A DNA stretch of 64,000 nt from Fimbriimonadales bacterium (GTDB lineage Bacteria > Armatimonadota > Fimbriimonadia > Fimbriimonadales > ATM1): NCBI GenBank assembly GCA_041744215.1, contig JBGTLG010000016.1:125922-189921 (forward strand). Reading direction: 5' to 3'. Positions 31,374 through 41,214 of the stretch are shown here, in pieces. Positions within the stretch are counted from its first letter, which is position 1. Every line of letters starts with the position of its first letter. The notes beneath the pieces are model-generated. The model did not search any database. It was given only the letters and a program-made list of their open reading frames with translations, and was not told where the DNA came from. The translations under genes were made by a program, and so were the position numbers.

Positions 31374-33098
31374 ATGAAACGAACAGGTCTTATCCTTGCC
31401 GTAATTGTAGGCATCCTCGCCTTCTCACTCTGGTATCTGCTTCGCGGAAACATGGCCTCTCGTGAAGATGTCATCTATCGGACAGACACCGTCAAAAGAG
31501 GAGAGGCAACTATGTCGTTCGTCGCCACGGGACTCTTGCAGCCATTGACCACGGTCGACGTGAAGAGCAAAGCTGGCGGCGAGATCGTAACTCTGTCTGT
31601 AGAAGAAGGCGACGTCGTCAAGCAAGGCGACCTCATTGCGATCATTGATCCGCGAGACTCTCGAGCGGCATTTGATCAGTCCGCTGCGGATTTGAACTCA
31701 AACCTTGCCCGCCTCGATCAAAGTCGCTACAACTTGGAAATGGAGAAGGTGACCCGTCGGACCTCGGTTGAAAATGCCGAAGCCGCGCTCGCTACCGCAC
31801 GCTTGCGGTTGCAGACTCTGGAAGCGCGAGCAACCGCTCAGCCGCGACTTACTGAAGCCGCGATCACCCAGGCTCGCTCCAACTACGAAGCAGCTTCCAA
31901 GGCATTGGAAACGATGCGGAATGTCACAGCGCCACTTACGCGAGCCCAAGCTCAAGGCGAACTCGATCGATCGCGAGCAGAGATGGAAGCTGCGGAAGCG
32001 AACCTTCGGAGACAAGAGGAACTCTTGGGAATGGGCTACGTGAGCCGGGCTTCTTATGAGCAAGCGAGAACTCAACGGGAATCGGCGGCTGCGGGCTTTC
32101 GCAATGCGCAGGTTCGCGCAAACCGTGTCGAAGACGATCTAAGATTGCAGATCGAATCTTTGCAGGCTCGCGAACGACAGGCAAAGGCGTCGCTCGACCA
32201 AACAGAAGCAAGTCGGTTCGAAGTCGGGGTGAGCCAGCGCGACCTAGAAGAAGCTAAGCAAACGATCAAAACTGCGCAAGCGAATCTTGAAACGGCTAAA
32301 GCAAACCTGCGGCAGGTCGACGTACGGCAGACAGAAATTCGGGCGCAACAAGCTGCGATCCTCCGCAGCAGAATTTCTCGTGACAATGCGCAAGTTCAGT
32401 TAGACAGCACGACTGTCGTGTCACCGAGAGACGGAGTCGTGACCGTGAAGTATCTTGAACAAGGAACCATCGTTCCTCCCGGGCTTAGCACATTCGCACA
32501 AGGTACAAGCATCGTCCAAATAGCTGATGTCTCGCGCATGTACGTCGAAGTGAATGTAGACGAAGCTGATGTTGCCAAAGTAAAGTTGGATCAGAACGTG
32601 CGTGTGACATTGGAGTCCGCACGCCGCACTCCCTTGAAGGGCAGAGTCTCACGAATCAACCCCGCTGCTGTGACCGCAAGCGGAGTGACGCAAGTCAAGG
32701 TGCGGGTCGAGATCGAACCTTCGGATGAAGTCAAGCTTATGCCGGGGCTCAACGCGAGCTGCGAGTTTGTTCTCACCGAGCGAACAAATGTGCTCACCGT
32801 GCCTTCTCAAGCGGTCATCCGAGAAGATGGTAAAGCATATGTGGAGGTGATGGTTGCCAAGAACAAGCCGCAAAGACGTGAGGTGAAGACCGGCGTACAA
32901 GGAAATGCGGTCGTGGAAATCCTTGAGGGATTGAATGAAGGCGACGAGATCGTCGTTAGCAAGATCGACATGAGGCAGGTTGAGGAGCAGCAGCGCCGCA
33001 TGGACGAAGCCGCCCAACAGAGAAACCCATTCAGCGGGCCCGGCACAAGCAGTCCCGGCCAGCGAACAGGTGCTGGCGGAGGTGCAGGCGGTCGATGA
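31374..33098 (+). CDS. Efflux periplasmic adaptor subunit (MacA/HlyD family) with a long coiled coil
   Basis: N-terminal TM; V.VKSKAGG.I..L.V.EGD.VK.GD.IA; SP.DG.V; VDEAD...V..Q.V; VL.VP..AV; GL.EGD.IV. Confidence 0.92.
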   Translation: MKRTGLILAVIVGILAFSLWYLLRGNMASREDVIYRTDTVKRGEATMSFVATGLLQPLTTVDVKSKAGGEIVTLSVEEGDVVKQGDLIAIIDPRDSRAAFDQSAADLNSNLARLDQSRYNLEMEKVTRRTSVENAEAALATARLRLQTLEARATAQPRLTEAAITQARSNYEAASKALETMRNVTAPLTRAQAQGELDRSRAEMEAAEANLRRQEELLGMGYVSRASYEQARTQRESAAAGFRNAQVRANRVEDDLRLQIESLQARERQAKASLDQTEASRFEVGVSQRDLEEAKQTIKTAQANLETAKANLRQVDVRQTEIRAQQAAILRSRISRDNAQVQLDSTTVVSPRDGVVTVKYLEQGTIVPPGLSTFAQGTSIVQIADVSRMYVEVNVDEADVAKVKLDQNVRVTLESARRTPLKGRVSRINPAAVTASGVTQVKVRVEIEPSDEVKLMPGLNASCEFVLTERTNVLTVPSQAVIREDGKAYVEVMVAKNKPQRREVKTGVQGNAVVEILEGLNEGDEIVVSKIDMRQVEEQQRRMDEAAQQRNPFSGPGTSSPGQRTGAGGGAGGR

Positions 33099-34312
33099 CA
33101 ATCCGAGACAGCGTTGCTTCAGCACTTGCGGCGATCACGGCAAACAAGCTAAGGTCATCGCTGACGACCCTTGGAGTTATGATCGGTGTTGCTTCGGTCA
33201 TTGCCATGATCGGAATCGCTGAGGGTACCAAGAAGCAGTCGCTCGAACGGCTGGAAGCGCTCGGAAGCAATCTCATCGTGGTCTTCCCTAATTGGGGGAT
33301 GGGCGGTCGTAACACAGGGGCCCCAGATGAAGCGCAAACGCTCAAGCTTGACGACGTTGAAATGATTCGTCGCGCCGTCCCGACAGCGAGTCATGTCAGC
33401 GGCGAAGTTCGAACGCGAGTTCAAGTTAAGTACGGAAACAAAAACGAGCGCTCGCAGGTTACCGGTGGTTTGCCCGAACTGCAGGAGATCCGAAACATCA
33501 AGTTGCAGGATGGACGATTCTTTACCGACGAAGAAAATGGAAACTCTGACCGAGTCGCTATTCTTGGCTTCGATATCTACGACAGATTGTACGAAGGCGG
33601 GTCAGCAGTTGGGACTCGCATTCGAATCAACAATCAAGACTTTGAAGTAATCGGAGTTGCGATGTTCAAAGGTGGCACAGGCCAGGGGCCAATGAACCCT
33701 GACGACATGATCTACGTGCCAATCAAAACAGCTCTCGACCGACTGCAGAGAAGGCAAAGCTTGAGTTCGATCGCGGTGCGCGCTGCAGATAGTTCGATGA
33801 TGCAGTTCACTCTCGATGAAGTGCAATCGACTCTTTCGACCGTGCGCCGAAGCGCGAGCGGCGAGGCATTGTTTCGCGCGTTCAACCAGGGTGAGTTGAT
33901 TGAAACCGCTGAGGAACAATCCAGGATCCTAAGTCTACTGCTCGCCGGGGTTGCGAGCGTATCGCTGTTAGTCGGCGGCATCGGCATTATGAACATTATG
34001 CTGGTAAGCGTGACGGAGCGAACTAAGGAAATCGGATTACGTAAGGCAATAGGCGCGACACAGGACGCCATCCTGAGTCAGTTTTTGCTGGAGTCGGTGG
34101 CTCTCTGTTTGGGTGGTGGCCTTATCGGAGTCTTGATGGGCTTGGTCAGCGTGAAGTTTGTCGCTGGCCTGATGGGTGTGCCACCCGTAATCGTGCCTGC
34201 AGGAATTGTGATTGCGTTCTCGTTTGCGGCGATGGTTGGAATCTTCTTCGGCTTCTACCCTGCTTACATGGCGAGCAAACTTCAGCCAATTGAAGCGCTA
34301 CGGAACGATTAG
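33095..34312 (+). CDS. MacB-like ABC transporter permease (no ATPase domain)
   Basis: NKLRS.LT.LG..IGVASVI, SLLVGGIGIMNIMLVSVTERTKEIG.RKAIGA, FFG.YPA..AS.L.PI.ALR. Confidence 0.95.
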   Translation: MTIRDSVASALAAITANKLRSSLTTLGVMIGVASVIAMIGIAEGTKKQSLERLEALGSNLIVVFPNWGMGGRNTGAPDEAQTLKLDDVEMIRRAVPTASHVSGEVRTRVQVKYGNKNERSQVTGGLPELQEIRNIKLQDGRFFTDEENGNSDRVAILGFDIYDRLYEGGSAVGTRIRINNQDFEVIGVAMFKGGTGQGPMNPDDMIYVPIKTALDRLQRRQSLSSIAVRAADSSMMQFTLDEVQSTLSTVRRSASGEALFRAFNQGELIETAEEQSRILSLLLAGVASVSLLVGGIGIMNIMLVSVTERTKEIGLRKAIGATQDAILSQFLLESVALCLGGGLIGVLMGLVSVKFVAGLMGVPPVIVPAGIVIAFSFAAMVGIFFGFYPAYMASKLQPIEALRND

Positions 34313-35415
34313 CGCTTACTTACGACATTCGCAGTTCGTCTGCCATCCTCAGTGAGGGCAAGACGATCACGGTGTCGAACTACCCAGCCCAGTTGTTCGC
34401 CGACGCCGATAGCCTTCTCTGCTTGATACTCCGGCCACTTGAGTTCGGCAATGAGATGCTCTACCCGGCTCTCCTCGGCCTCCTCCTTGGTGCCCTCGTG
34501 AGACTGAAGATGAACGACGAGCATCTCGGCCAGGAATCGCGTTTGCTGTCGCCTCCTACGCAGAACCTGCGCAATGACGCCTCTATCGGGTGCGAAGAGA
34601 AAGGCCAGTGCAAATGCAAAGCCCAATGTTGTCGCAATCATTCCACTTACCGACACATCCCAGATCGTCGCCAAGAAGTATCCGCAGATACCGCAGGATG
34701 CACCCATCAGGAGGGAGAGCCCGATCATCGTCTTGAGCCTGTACGTAAGTAGCGAAGCAGTAACCGGAGGAACGATGATTAGAGCCACGGAGAGAATTGC
34801 TCCAACTGCGCTGAATGCGCCAACTGTCGTGACTGCCACAAGCGCCATGAGTGAGTAGTGCAGCACCGAAGGAGAAAACCCAAGTGACCTCGCTAGCTGC
34901 GGATCGAACGTGGAAATCTTCAGTTCCTTATAGAAGACTTTGAGAAACAGTGCATTCACGACTACCAACCCCGATAGCACCCACAGCGACTTCGGACCTA
35001 GATCATAGTCACCGAATAGGAACTTGTCGAACGGTGAGTATTCGATAACTCCGAAAAGAATAGCGTCTGAGTCGAGATGCAAGTTGTCGAAAAACTTTGT
35101 AACGAGGAAAACACCGAGGGCGAACAGAGCCGGAAAGACGATTCCTATCGCGGCGTCTTCTTTGACACGCTTCGATTTTGTTAATGTCTCCACCAAAAAC
35201 ACCGTCAGCAAACCGCTCGCAGTGGCGCCGAGGAAGCCGGTAACAAGATTGGGCCCCTGTGAATACACATAGCCAGCGACGAGGCCCGGCAAAATCGAGT
35301 GACTGATCGCATCAGCCATCATAGCGAGCCTTCGTAGTATCAAAAACACTCCGCAAAGCGCGCACGCGGACGATGTCGCAAGTGCGACGAGCGCAATGGC
35401 GAGCGCCGCCGTCAT
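34309..35415 (-). CDS. Mn/Zn ABC transporter permease (TroD/MntD-like) with a C-terminal winged-helix-like tail
   Basis: G.FL.LR..AM..DAISHSILPG, HLD.D..LFG, YKELK..TFD..LA; soluble tail ending LTEDG. Confidence 0.9.
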   Translation of the reverse strand: MTAALAIALVALATSSACALCGVFLILRRLAMMADAISHSILPGLVAGYVYSQGPNLVTGFLGATASGLLTVFLVETLTKSKRVKEDAAIGIVFPALFALGVFLVTKFFDNLHLDSDAILFGVIEYSPFDKFLFGDYDLGPKSLWVLSGLVVVNALFLKVFYKELKISTFDPQLARSLGFSPSVLHYSLMALVAVTTVGAFSAVGAILSVALIIVPPVTASLLTYRLKTMIGLSLLMGASCGICGYFLATIWDVSVSGMIATTLGFAFALAFLFAPDRGVIAQVLRRRRQQTRFLAEMLVVHLQSHEGTKEEAEESRVEHLIAELKWPEYQAEKAIGVGEQLGWVVRHRDRLALTEDGRRTANVVSKR

Positions 35416-36308
35416 TTCGCACTCTCCGCAAGATGACGCCTCCGGCTTCGAAGAGCTGCCCACACAACTCCTCGCGCTTTGCCGAAGAGTACGGAAATGA
35501 GGACCATCGCTGAAAGTACCAAGACGATAACCGGCCCGGTCGGGATCTTCGAGCCGGTCACACTAAGAATTGCGCCAGTTAACCCTGAGAGCGTGCCGAT
35601 TAGCGCCGCTATGAATATCATCGTCTTGAGGGAGTCCGTCCATTGCCTTGCGGCAGCGCCAGGGCCAACAAGCATTGCCGATACTAGTACGACACCGACT
35701 GTGTTTAGCCCGACAACGATGGCAATGAGTAGCAAGAAGCTTAAGATGCTGCCAATAAGATGCACTGGAATGGCGATGCTTTGCGCAAACTCCGAATCAA
35801 ACGAAACAACCTTGAATTCTTTGAATAAAGCAACAACAATTGCAAGCGCGATCGCGCTAAGTATCGCCATTGTGAGCACCTGTTCCTCAACCAGCCCTGC
35901 CGCCTGGCCGAATAGAAACTTATCTAGACCAGCCTGGGTCCCTGCGCTAGATTTCTGGATAACGGTGAGGAGTACGACACCAAAACCGAAGAATACCGTC
36001 AAAATCGTGCCAAGCGCCGCACCCGAGTCGATCTTCGATCGCCGCAGTAACTGATTAATCGCGAGTAGCCCGATCCATCCTGATGCGGCCGCACCGATCA
36101 TGAGGGCAACAGGCGTCTTCAAACCCGTAAGAATGAATGCAACGCAAACTCCTGGAAGTGCCGCATGGGCGAGTGCATCGCCCAATAAGCCTTGCCGTCG
36201 AAGTACAGCAAAGGAGCCCAATACTCCACTCACGATCCCCAAGACCATACACCCCAACGCGACGTTGCGGAGAGTGTAATCGAAGATTAGATCTTGCAGG
36301 ATGCTCAT
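35412..36308 (-). CDS. Mn/Zn ABC transporter permease (TroC/MntC-like)
   Basis: G.FAVLRRQ.LLGDALAHAALPG, FLFGQAA, KEFK..SFD..FA, PTGP.IVL. Confidence 0.93.
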   Translation of the reverse strand: MSILQDLIFDYTLRNVALGCMVLGIVSGVLGSFAVLRRQGLLGDALAHAALPGVCVAFILTGLKTPVALMIGAAASGWIGLLAINQLLRRSKIDSGAALGTILTVFFGFGVVLLTVIQKSSAGTQAGLDKFLFGQAAGLVEEQVLTMAILSAIALAIVVALFKEFKVVSFDSEFAQSIAIPVHLIGSILSFLLLIAIVVGLNTVGVVLVSAMLVGPGAAARQWTDSLKTMIFIAALIGTLSGLTGAILSVTGSKIPTGPVIVLVLSAMVLISVLFGKARGVVWAALRSRRRHLAESAK

Positions 36309-37030
36309 CACGCAAGTACTGCGATGCGCCCACCATATGTCTGCTGCAGGTTCTCATTTGTAAACACGTCTGCGATCGGTCCAGACGCAATGATCTTGAC
36401 GTTCAGCAATGCGACGTGATCAAAGTATGTCGGCGCGGACTCTAAGTCATGATGGACAGCAACGACTGTTTTGCCTTTAGATCTGAGCTCCCGGAGCACT
36501 TCGATAACTGCGCGCTCCGTCGTCGCATCGACACCTGCCAGCGGTTCGTCCATGAAGTACAACTCTGCGTCTTGAGCGAGCGCGCGGGCGAGGAAAACGC
36601 GTTGCTGTTGTCCTCCGGACAGTTGGCTGATCTGCCTGGTGGCAAAGTCAGCCATGCCAACCGTTTCGAGGCAGCGCATCGCGGCGTCACGCTCGCCGCG
36701 ACCGGGCTTTCGAAACCACCCAAGGCGCCCATAGGTTCCCATAAGCACGACATCCAGCGCATCTGTTGGAAAGTCCCAATCAACACTCCCACGTTGAGGC
36801 ACGTAACCAACCCTCTTCCTAACAGTACGGTAGCTCGACCCAAAAATCCTCACTGTGCCAGCCGATCGAGGAACCAAATCGAGCGCTGATTTGATGAGTG
36901 TGCTCTTTCCAGCGCCGTTAGGTCCGATAATCGCGAACAGGGAAGCCTGCGGGATGTCTAGATCCACATCCCATAGAACTGGTGATTCGTGATACGCGAC
37001 GGTTAGATCTCGAACTTCAACAGCATTCAC
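36308..37030 (-). CDS. Mn/Zn ABC transporter ATP-binding protein (TroB/MntB-like)
   Basis: [44 protein letters not shown]. Confidence 0.96.
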   Translation of the reverse strand: MNAVEVRDLTVAYHESPVLWDVDLDIPQASLFAIIGPNGAGKSTLIKSALDLVPRSAGTVRIFGSSYRTVRKRVGYVPQRGSVDWDFPTDALDVVLMGTYGRLGWFRKPGRGERDAAMRCLETVGMADFATRQISQLSGGQQQRVFLARALAQDAELYFMDEPLAGVDATTERAVIEVLRELRSKGKTVVAVHHDLESAPTYFDHVALLNVKIIASGPIADVFTNENLQQTYGGRIAVLA

Positions 37031-37941
37031 CTGAGCGCCCCCACTATCGTGCGGACGTTGTAGCGCACCATGCCCACGTATGTTCCCTCCTCCGTTCCCG
37101 CAGCCCCCATCGCGTCTGAAAACAGCTCACCCCCAATCTTGATGTTCCACCCTCTCGATGCAACGGCTTTTTGAAGCGCCTCTACAGTCGATTGTGGGAC
37201 GCTACTCTCGACAAAGATGGCCTTGACCTTTCGCGTCGCGAGGATTCTGGAAAGTCGCTGGATGTCGGAGGCACTAGCCTCTGTGGCCGTGCTTGTGCCT
37301 TGGATTCCCATTACCTCGATGCCATAGCGCTTGCCCATATAACCAAACGCATCATGGGCAGTCACTAGCACACGCTGCTCCCTCGGAATCGATTCAAACT
37401 GGTCGATGACCCAGCGATCCAGCTCTTCGAGTTCACGCAGATAAGCTTCCGCATTCTCATCGAACGTCTTTGCACTCGTCGGGTCGAGATTGGAAAGAGC
37501 ATCCCTAACGGATACAACCACTCGCTTCCACAGCTGAACATCAAACCAAACGTGCGGATCCGACTTGTGAGGAGCTATCTTGAGGAGGTCATCGGGAGGG
37601 ACGCCTTCGGCAACTGCAACGGTCGGACGGTGATCACCCATCGCTGCAAAGATTTCTGCCATCCTTCCTTCTAGCTCAAGTCCATTGTAAAGGATGATGT
37701 CGGCTCCCTCTAGCGTCCTTACATCGCCAGCTGTCGCCTTATAGAGGTGAGGATCCGTGCCTGGACCCATGAGTGCCTGCACGTCGACTCGCGTGCCGCC
37801 GACGTGCTCAGCAGCATCACCGATCATGGCCGTCGTCGTCACGATTCGTATTGGCCGATCGGCGACGGCCGGGGTTTCTCGCTTGCTTGCACACCCGAGA
37901 ACGAGGAAGATAGCGGCTAGGAAAGCTACAATCAGTTTCAT
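37027..37941 (-). CDS. Mn/Zn ABC transporter substrate-binding lipoprotein (TroA/MntA-like)
   Basis: Lipobox VLGC; DPHLY, NGL.LEG, DPHVWFD, TAHDAF.Y, LFSDAMG. Confidence 0.95.
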   Translation of the reverse strand: MKLIVAFLAAIFLVLGCASKRETPAVADRPIRIVTTTAMIGDAAEHVGGTRVDVQALMGPGTDPHLYKATAGDVRTLEGADIILYNGLELEGRMAEIFAAMGDHRPTVAVAEGVPPDDLLKIAPHKSDPHVWFDVQLWKRVVVSVRDALSNLDPTSAKTFDENAEAYLRELEELDRWVIDQFESIPREQRVLVTAHDAFGYMGKRYGIEVMGIQGTSTATEASASDIQRLSRILATRKVKAIFVESSVPQSTVEALQKAVASRGWNIKIGGELFSDAMGAAGTEEGTYVGMVRYNVRTIVGALR

Positions 37942-37987
37942 CGAATTACCCTTCGGTGAAAAGTGTACCCTGGGATAAGTTTCGCTG

Positions 37988-38012
37988 GCAGTTTCGTCGA
38001 TTCTGAAACTGC
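37988..38012. promoter_or_regulatory. Inverted repeat, candidate MntR operator
   Basis: GCAGTTTC-N9-GAAACTGC between the divergent troA-like and mntR genes. Confidence 0.5.
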
Positions 38013-38047
38013 AGTTACAAGTTGTTCACTTGGGCTACAATGTGGCG

Positions 38048-38452
38048 GTGTCCAAGCCCCGCGCCCAAAGTTTTCGCCGGACCCGCGATGACCACTCGAT
38101 GGAGACAGCTGCAGACTATGTCGAGTTGATCGAGGAATTAGTCGCGGAGACAGGCGAAGCCCGCGGCGTAGACCTGGCAGCGCGCCTGGGGGTGAGTCAC
38201 GTAACGGTTTCGAAGACGGTGAGGCGCCTCGCCAGAGAGGGATATGTCATTGCTCGGCCGTATCGCGGTGTGTTTCTAACAGAGAAGGGGCGCGAGTTGG
38301 CGAGTGAATCTCGCGAGCGTCATGACTTGGTGTTGGGACTGCTGCGTGCTCTAGGGGTGCCTGCGACTATCGCAGAGATCGACGCAGAGGGCATGGAGCA
38401 CCACGTAAGCCCCGAAACACTCAAAGCGATTCGCAAATTTCTAAAGGGATAG
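38048..38452 (+). CDS. mntR: Manganese-dependent transcriptional regulator (DtxR/MntR family)
   Basis: DYVELI..L....GEAR..DLA.RLGVS..TV, PYRGVFLT..G..LA...R.RH, DAEG.EHHVS..TL; GTG start 6 nt after TACAAT. Confidence 0.93.
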   Translation: MSKPRAQSFRRTRDDHSMETAADYVELIEELVAETGEARGVDLAARLGVSHVTVSKTVRRLAREGYVIARPYRGVFLTEKGRELASESRERHDLVLGLLRALGVPATIAEIDAEGMEHHVSPETLKAIRKFLKG

Positions 38453-38529
38453 CGAGAGTCCGTGGCATTTCGTCTACAGGGCCCGGAGATCGATAGTAGA
38501 AAGGACCAGTAGAATCTTAACAACAACCT

Positions 38530-38703
38530 ATGCCGGAACCAGCCGATTCACCTTGTCAGCAAGTTTGCGTGCTCGGGTCACGCGGGGAGTGTTTAGGTTG
38601 TGGACGCACTCTCGAAGAGATTGAGAAGTGGCCCTTCATGTCTGAAGACGAGCGTCAAGCGGTTTTAGGCCGGCTAGAATCGTTCGGGGGGGAGTCCGCG
38701 TAA
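38530..38703 (+). CDS. DUF1289-type small Cys-rich protein, 57 aa (below the ORF-track cutoff)
   Basis: Hand translation MPEPADSPCQQVCVLGSRGECLGCGRTLEEIEKWPFMSEDERQAVLGRLESFGGESA matches SPC...C......C.GC.RT..EI..W..M...ER..V. Confidence 0.85.
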   Translation: MPEPADSPCQQVCVLGSRGECLGCGRTLEEIEKWPFMSEDERQAVLGRLESFGGESA

Positions 38704-39422
38704 GCGGGTTTTCTTAGCCTTCGGCCTATACTCATCCTCAATTTGATCAGATCGTAAACAGTTCTGGAACCGTCGCGCAGAATTCTTACCTTCGAGCCCT
38801 CTTGGTGTGCCCAACGGATTGGGATTTCGGCGATGGAGTAGCCCAATCGCTCAGCGACCATGAGTGCTTCGAAATCGTAGCCGTATCCGTCGATCTCGCA
38901 TCTGGAAAACACGTCTTTTGCGACATCTCGCTCAAACAGCTTAAAGCCACATTGCGTGTCCTTGATCCCCTTGATTGCAAGGCGTTGAACGATCCAATTG
39001 AATGCCCTGCCGCCGAGTTCCCTCAGTTTTGGCTGCCTCACTTCGAGATTGCTCTCTCGCAGCGGCCGACTACCTATCGCGATCTGGGAGTTTGCTGCAA
39101 ATAGCTTCTCAACCTCTTCGATTGGCGCTGCCAAATCTGCATCAGAGAGCAACAACCAATCGGCCTCTAAGAGCATCATGCCTGTGCGCACGGCGCATCC
39201 CTTACCACGGTTGGGTTCATAGTGGTAGAGCGCGAATCGCGGATCTGCGGCTGCAAAGTCTTGTGCAATGTTCGCCGTTTGATCGGTGCTACCATCGCTG
39301 ACAATCAGCGCACACCACGTGTAATCTTGCGCGTCAAAGTACTCCGCAACACGCACCAGGGTCTTCTCTAGTCGAACTTCCTCGTTGTACGCGGGAATGA
39401 CAACTCCAAGATGCGGCCGCAC
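38655..39422 (-). CDS. GT2 glycosyltransferase (dolichyl-phosphate beta-glucosyltransferase-like)
   Basis: VVIPAYNEE.RL, DGSTD.T, N.GKG.AVR.GM, DADL, GSR, DTQCGFKLF. Confidence 0.92.
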   Translation of the reverse strand: MRPHLGVVIPAYNEEVRLEKTLVRVAEYFDAQDYTWCALIVSDGSTDQTANIAQDFAAADPRFALYHYEPNRGKGCAVRTGMMLLEADWLLLSDADLAAPIEEVEKLFAANSQIAIGSRPLRESNLEVRQPKLRELGGRAFNWIVQRLAIKGIKDTQCGFKLFERDVAKDVFSRCEIDGYGYDFEALMVAERLGYSIAEIPIRWAHQEGSKVRILRDGSRTVYDLIKLRMSIGRRLRKPAYADSPPNDSSRPKTA

Positions 39423-39439
39423 GGCAGAAGTATACCGGT

Positions 39440-40156
39440 CTATCGAAGAGGAAGCAGCTTCGACTTCACCGTGCCTGATTTGAGTTCGATTCGACCAATT
39501 TCGCGTCCATGCGACCCGCCCTGAAAAATCCAGGTTTCGCCGACTCGCTCGGGTTCCTCAATCCGGTCATGGCTATGTCCGCCCAAGATGAGATCAATAC
39601 CCTTCACCTCTTCGGCAAGGGCCACGTCGTTTGAGAATCCGAGGTGAGACAGCAAAATCAAAGTCTCGCAAGAATCACGAAACTCTTCAACGATTCTCTT
39701 CGCGACGTCAGTTGGCGGCGTGTTCAAGAATGCGCTCAAATGTCGGGCCGCCATCCGCTCGGTAACCATCGGAACCATCAGGCCAAAGATAGTTACCCGG
39801 CCCAAGGCGAGGTGGGAGCGCAGGGGCTCGATCTGGTCGCCCTGCAGTGGAGGTCTTGCCTTTCCGTTCCACTTCAGATTCGCACAGATGATAGGATGTT
39901 GGGCTCCAGCAATCTTTGCCCGAAATCCAGAGGCTGTAACGTGGAATTCCCGATTACCCGGAACGCTAGCATCGCAGCCCGCGAGGTGCAAAAGTCTCCA
40001 AACTGGATCCGGACTTACCGGTATCCCAATGTTCCCGCTCTTGACGCAGTCACCGGAATCAAGATACAGATCCGCTTCTTTCCGCATTTGAGCAACGAGC
40101 TCGGCTTGTTTTTCACCGAACTTCCCATGCAGATCGTTTGTATGAAGAATGATCAT
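39440..40156 (-). CDS. 5'-nucleotidase-type metallophosphoesterase, N-terminal domain only
   Basis: ILHTNDLHG, DSGD, PGNREF, LSHLG...D..LA....GIDLILGGHSH. Confidence 0.85.
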   Translation of the reverse strand: MIILHTNDLHGKFGEKQAELVAQMRKEADLYLDSGDCVKSGNIGIPVSPDPVWRLLHLAGCDASVPGNREFHVTASGFRAKIAGAQHPIICANLKWNGKARPPLQGDQIEPLRSHLALGRVTIFGLMVPMVTERMAARHLSAFLNTPPTDVAKRIVEEFRDSCETLILLSHLGFSNDVALAEEVKGIDLILGGHSHDRIEEPERVGETWIFQGGSHGREIGRIELKSGTVKSKLLPLR

Positions 40157-41191
40157 TTACATTAGCTGAACGACGCGACGTCGGTCAGCGCTTTCGAGTG
40201 CGCCAAGCAGCAGTTTCATAGTGCCTAGATTGCTCCGTCCACTTACAATCGGCTCACGGTTTTCGGTGATCGCATCCATAAGATCCGCTATTGGGCCAAG
40301 GAACGCGTAAGGGAACCACTTGGAGGATGGTGTTTGCACTATCTTCGTTCCATCTTTGCGAACAAGTGTAACTGTGGAGAAGTTTCCAAGAATCGATCCT
40401 TCGTCACCGTCCACGACTATTGACATATCCCATGGACTTGGCGTTTCCACTTTGTTGTGGAAGCTGTGCTCGGCGATAAGTCCATCCCCGAAATCGACTA
40501 TCGCCATGTAAACTGTGGGTGAGATATTGACTTGATCTGGAACTGTCGTTTGCATCGCGGATACACTTTGCGCTTCACGACCCGCGAAGAACCTGAGTAA
40601 GTCGAAGTAATGGATGCCATGGTCAACCATAGTAAAATCAGGGCAAGCAACGTACCATGTTGACGGATCATCCTGCCACCCCCGCATGTCAAGTCGAAGA
40701 GAGTTCATTCTTCCTATCGCGCCATCAGTGATCCAGCGTTTTATTGCCAAGTGCGTCCCAGCCCACCGAGCCTGTTGGTTGACGGCGTATTTGATTCCCT
40801 TGGTCTCCGCCATACTTACATACGCTTCGGCCTCTTGCATCGAGTGTGCTACTGGTTTCTGCAGCAAGATGCTCTTCCCCGCTTCTGCCGCGCGCTGGAA
40901 GGCTTCCGTTCTACCATTCAAGTGGATGGCGATGTCGATGATGTCAACGCCAGCGTCCGATACGAGTTCTTCAAGTGAGGTACAGACACGGTGAATTCCA
41001 AACTTCTCCGCAGTTTCGCGCGCTGCTGATTCGTTGGTATCGAAGCAGGAAACAACGTTCAAGCCGCCGCCCTTGTAGGCGGGCAGATGGGCGATGTTCA
41101 CAATCTCCCCGCAGCCCAGAATTCCGATCCGTAGGCTCGACTGCTTGGGCAGCATTGGGCGGAGATCCTGGTCGGGGACTGTGAACGGCAC
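40157..41191 (-). CDS. Gfo/Idh/MocA family oxidoreductase
   Basis: IGILGCG.I...AHLPAY, QKP.A, AVNQ..RW, DHGIHYFD; GTG start 7 nt after TATACT. Confidence 0.9.
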   Translation of the reverse strand: MPFTVPDQDLRPMLPKQSSLRIGILGCGEIVNIAHLPAYKGGGLNVVSCFDTNESAARETAEKFGIHRVCTSLEELVSDAGVDIIDIAIHLNGRTEAFQRAAEAGKSILLQKPVAHSMQEAEAYVSMAETKGIKYAVNQQARWAGTHLAIKRWITDGAIGRMNSLRLDMRGWQDDPSTWYVACPDFTMVDHGIHYFDLLRFFAGREAQSVSAMQTTVPDQVNISPTVYMAIVDFGDGLIAEHSFHNKVETPSPWDMSIVVDGDEGSILGNFSTVTLVRKDGTKIVQTPSSKWFPYAFLGPIADLMDAITENREPIVSGRSNLGTMKLLLGALESADRRRVVQLM

Positions 41192-41214
41192 GAGCGACAG
41201 TATACAATTGTCGT

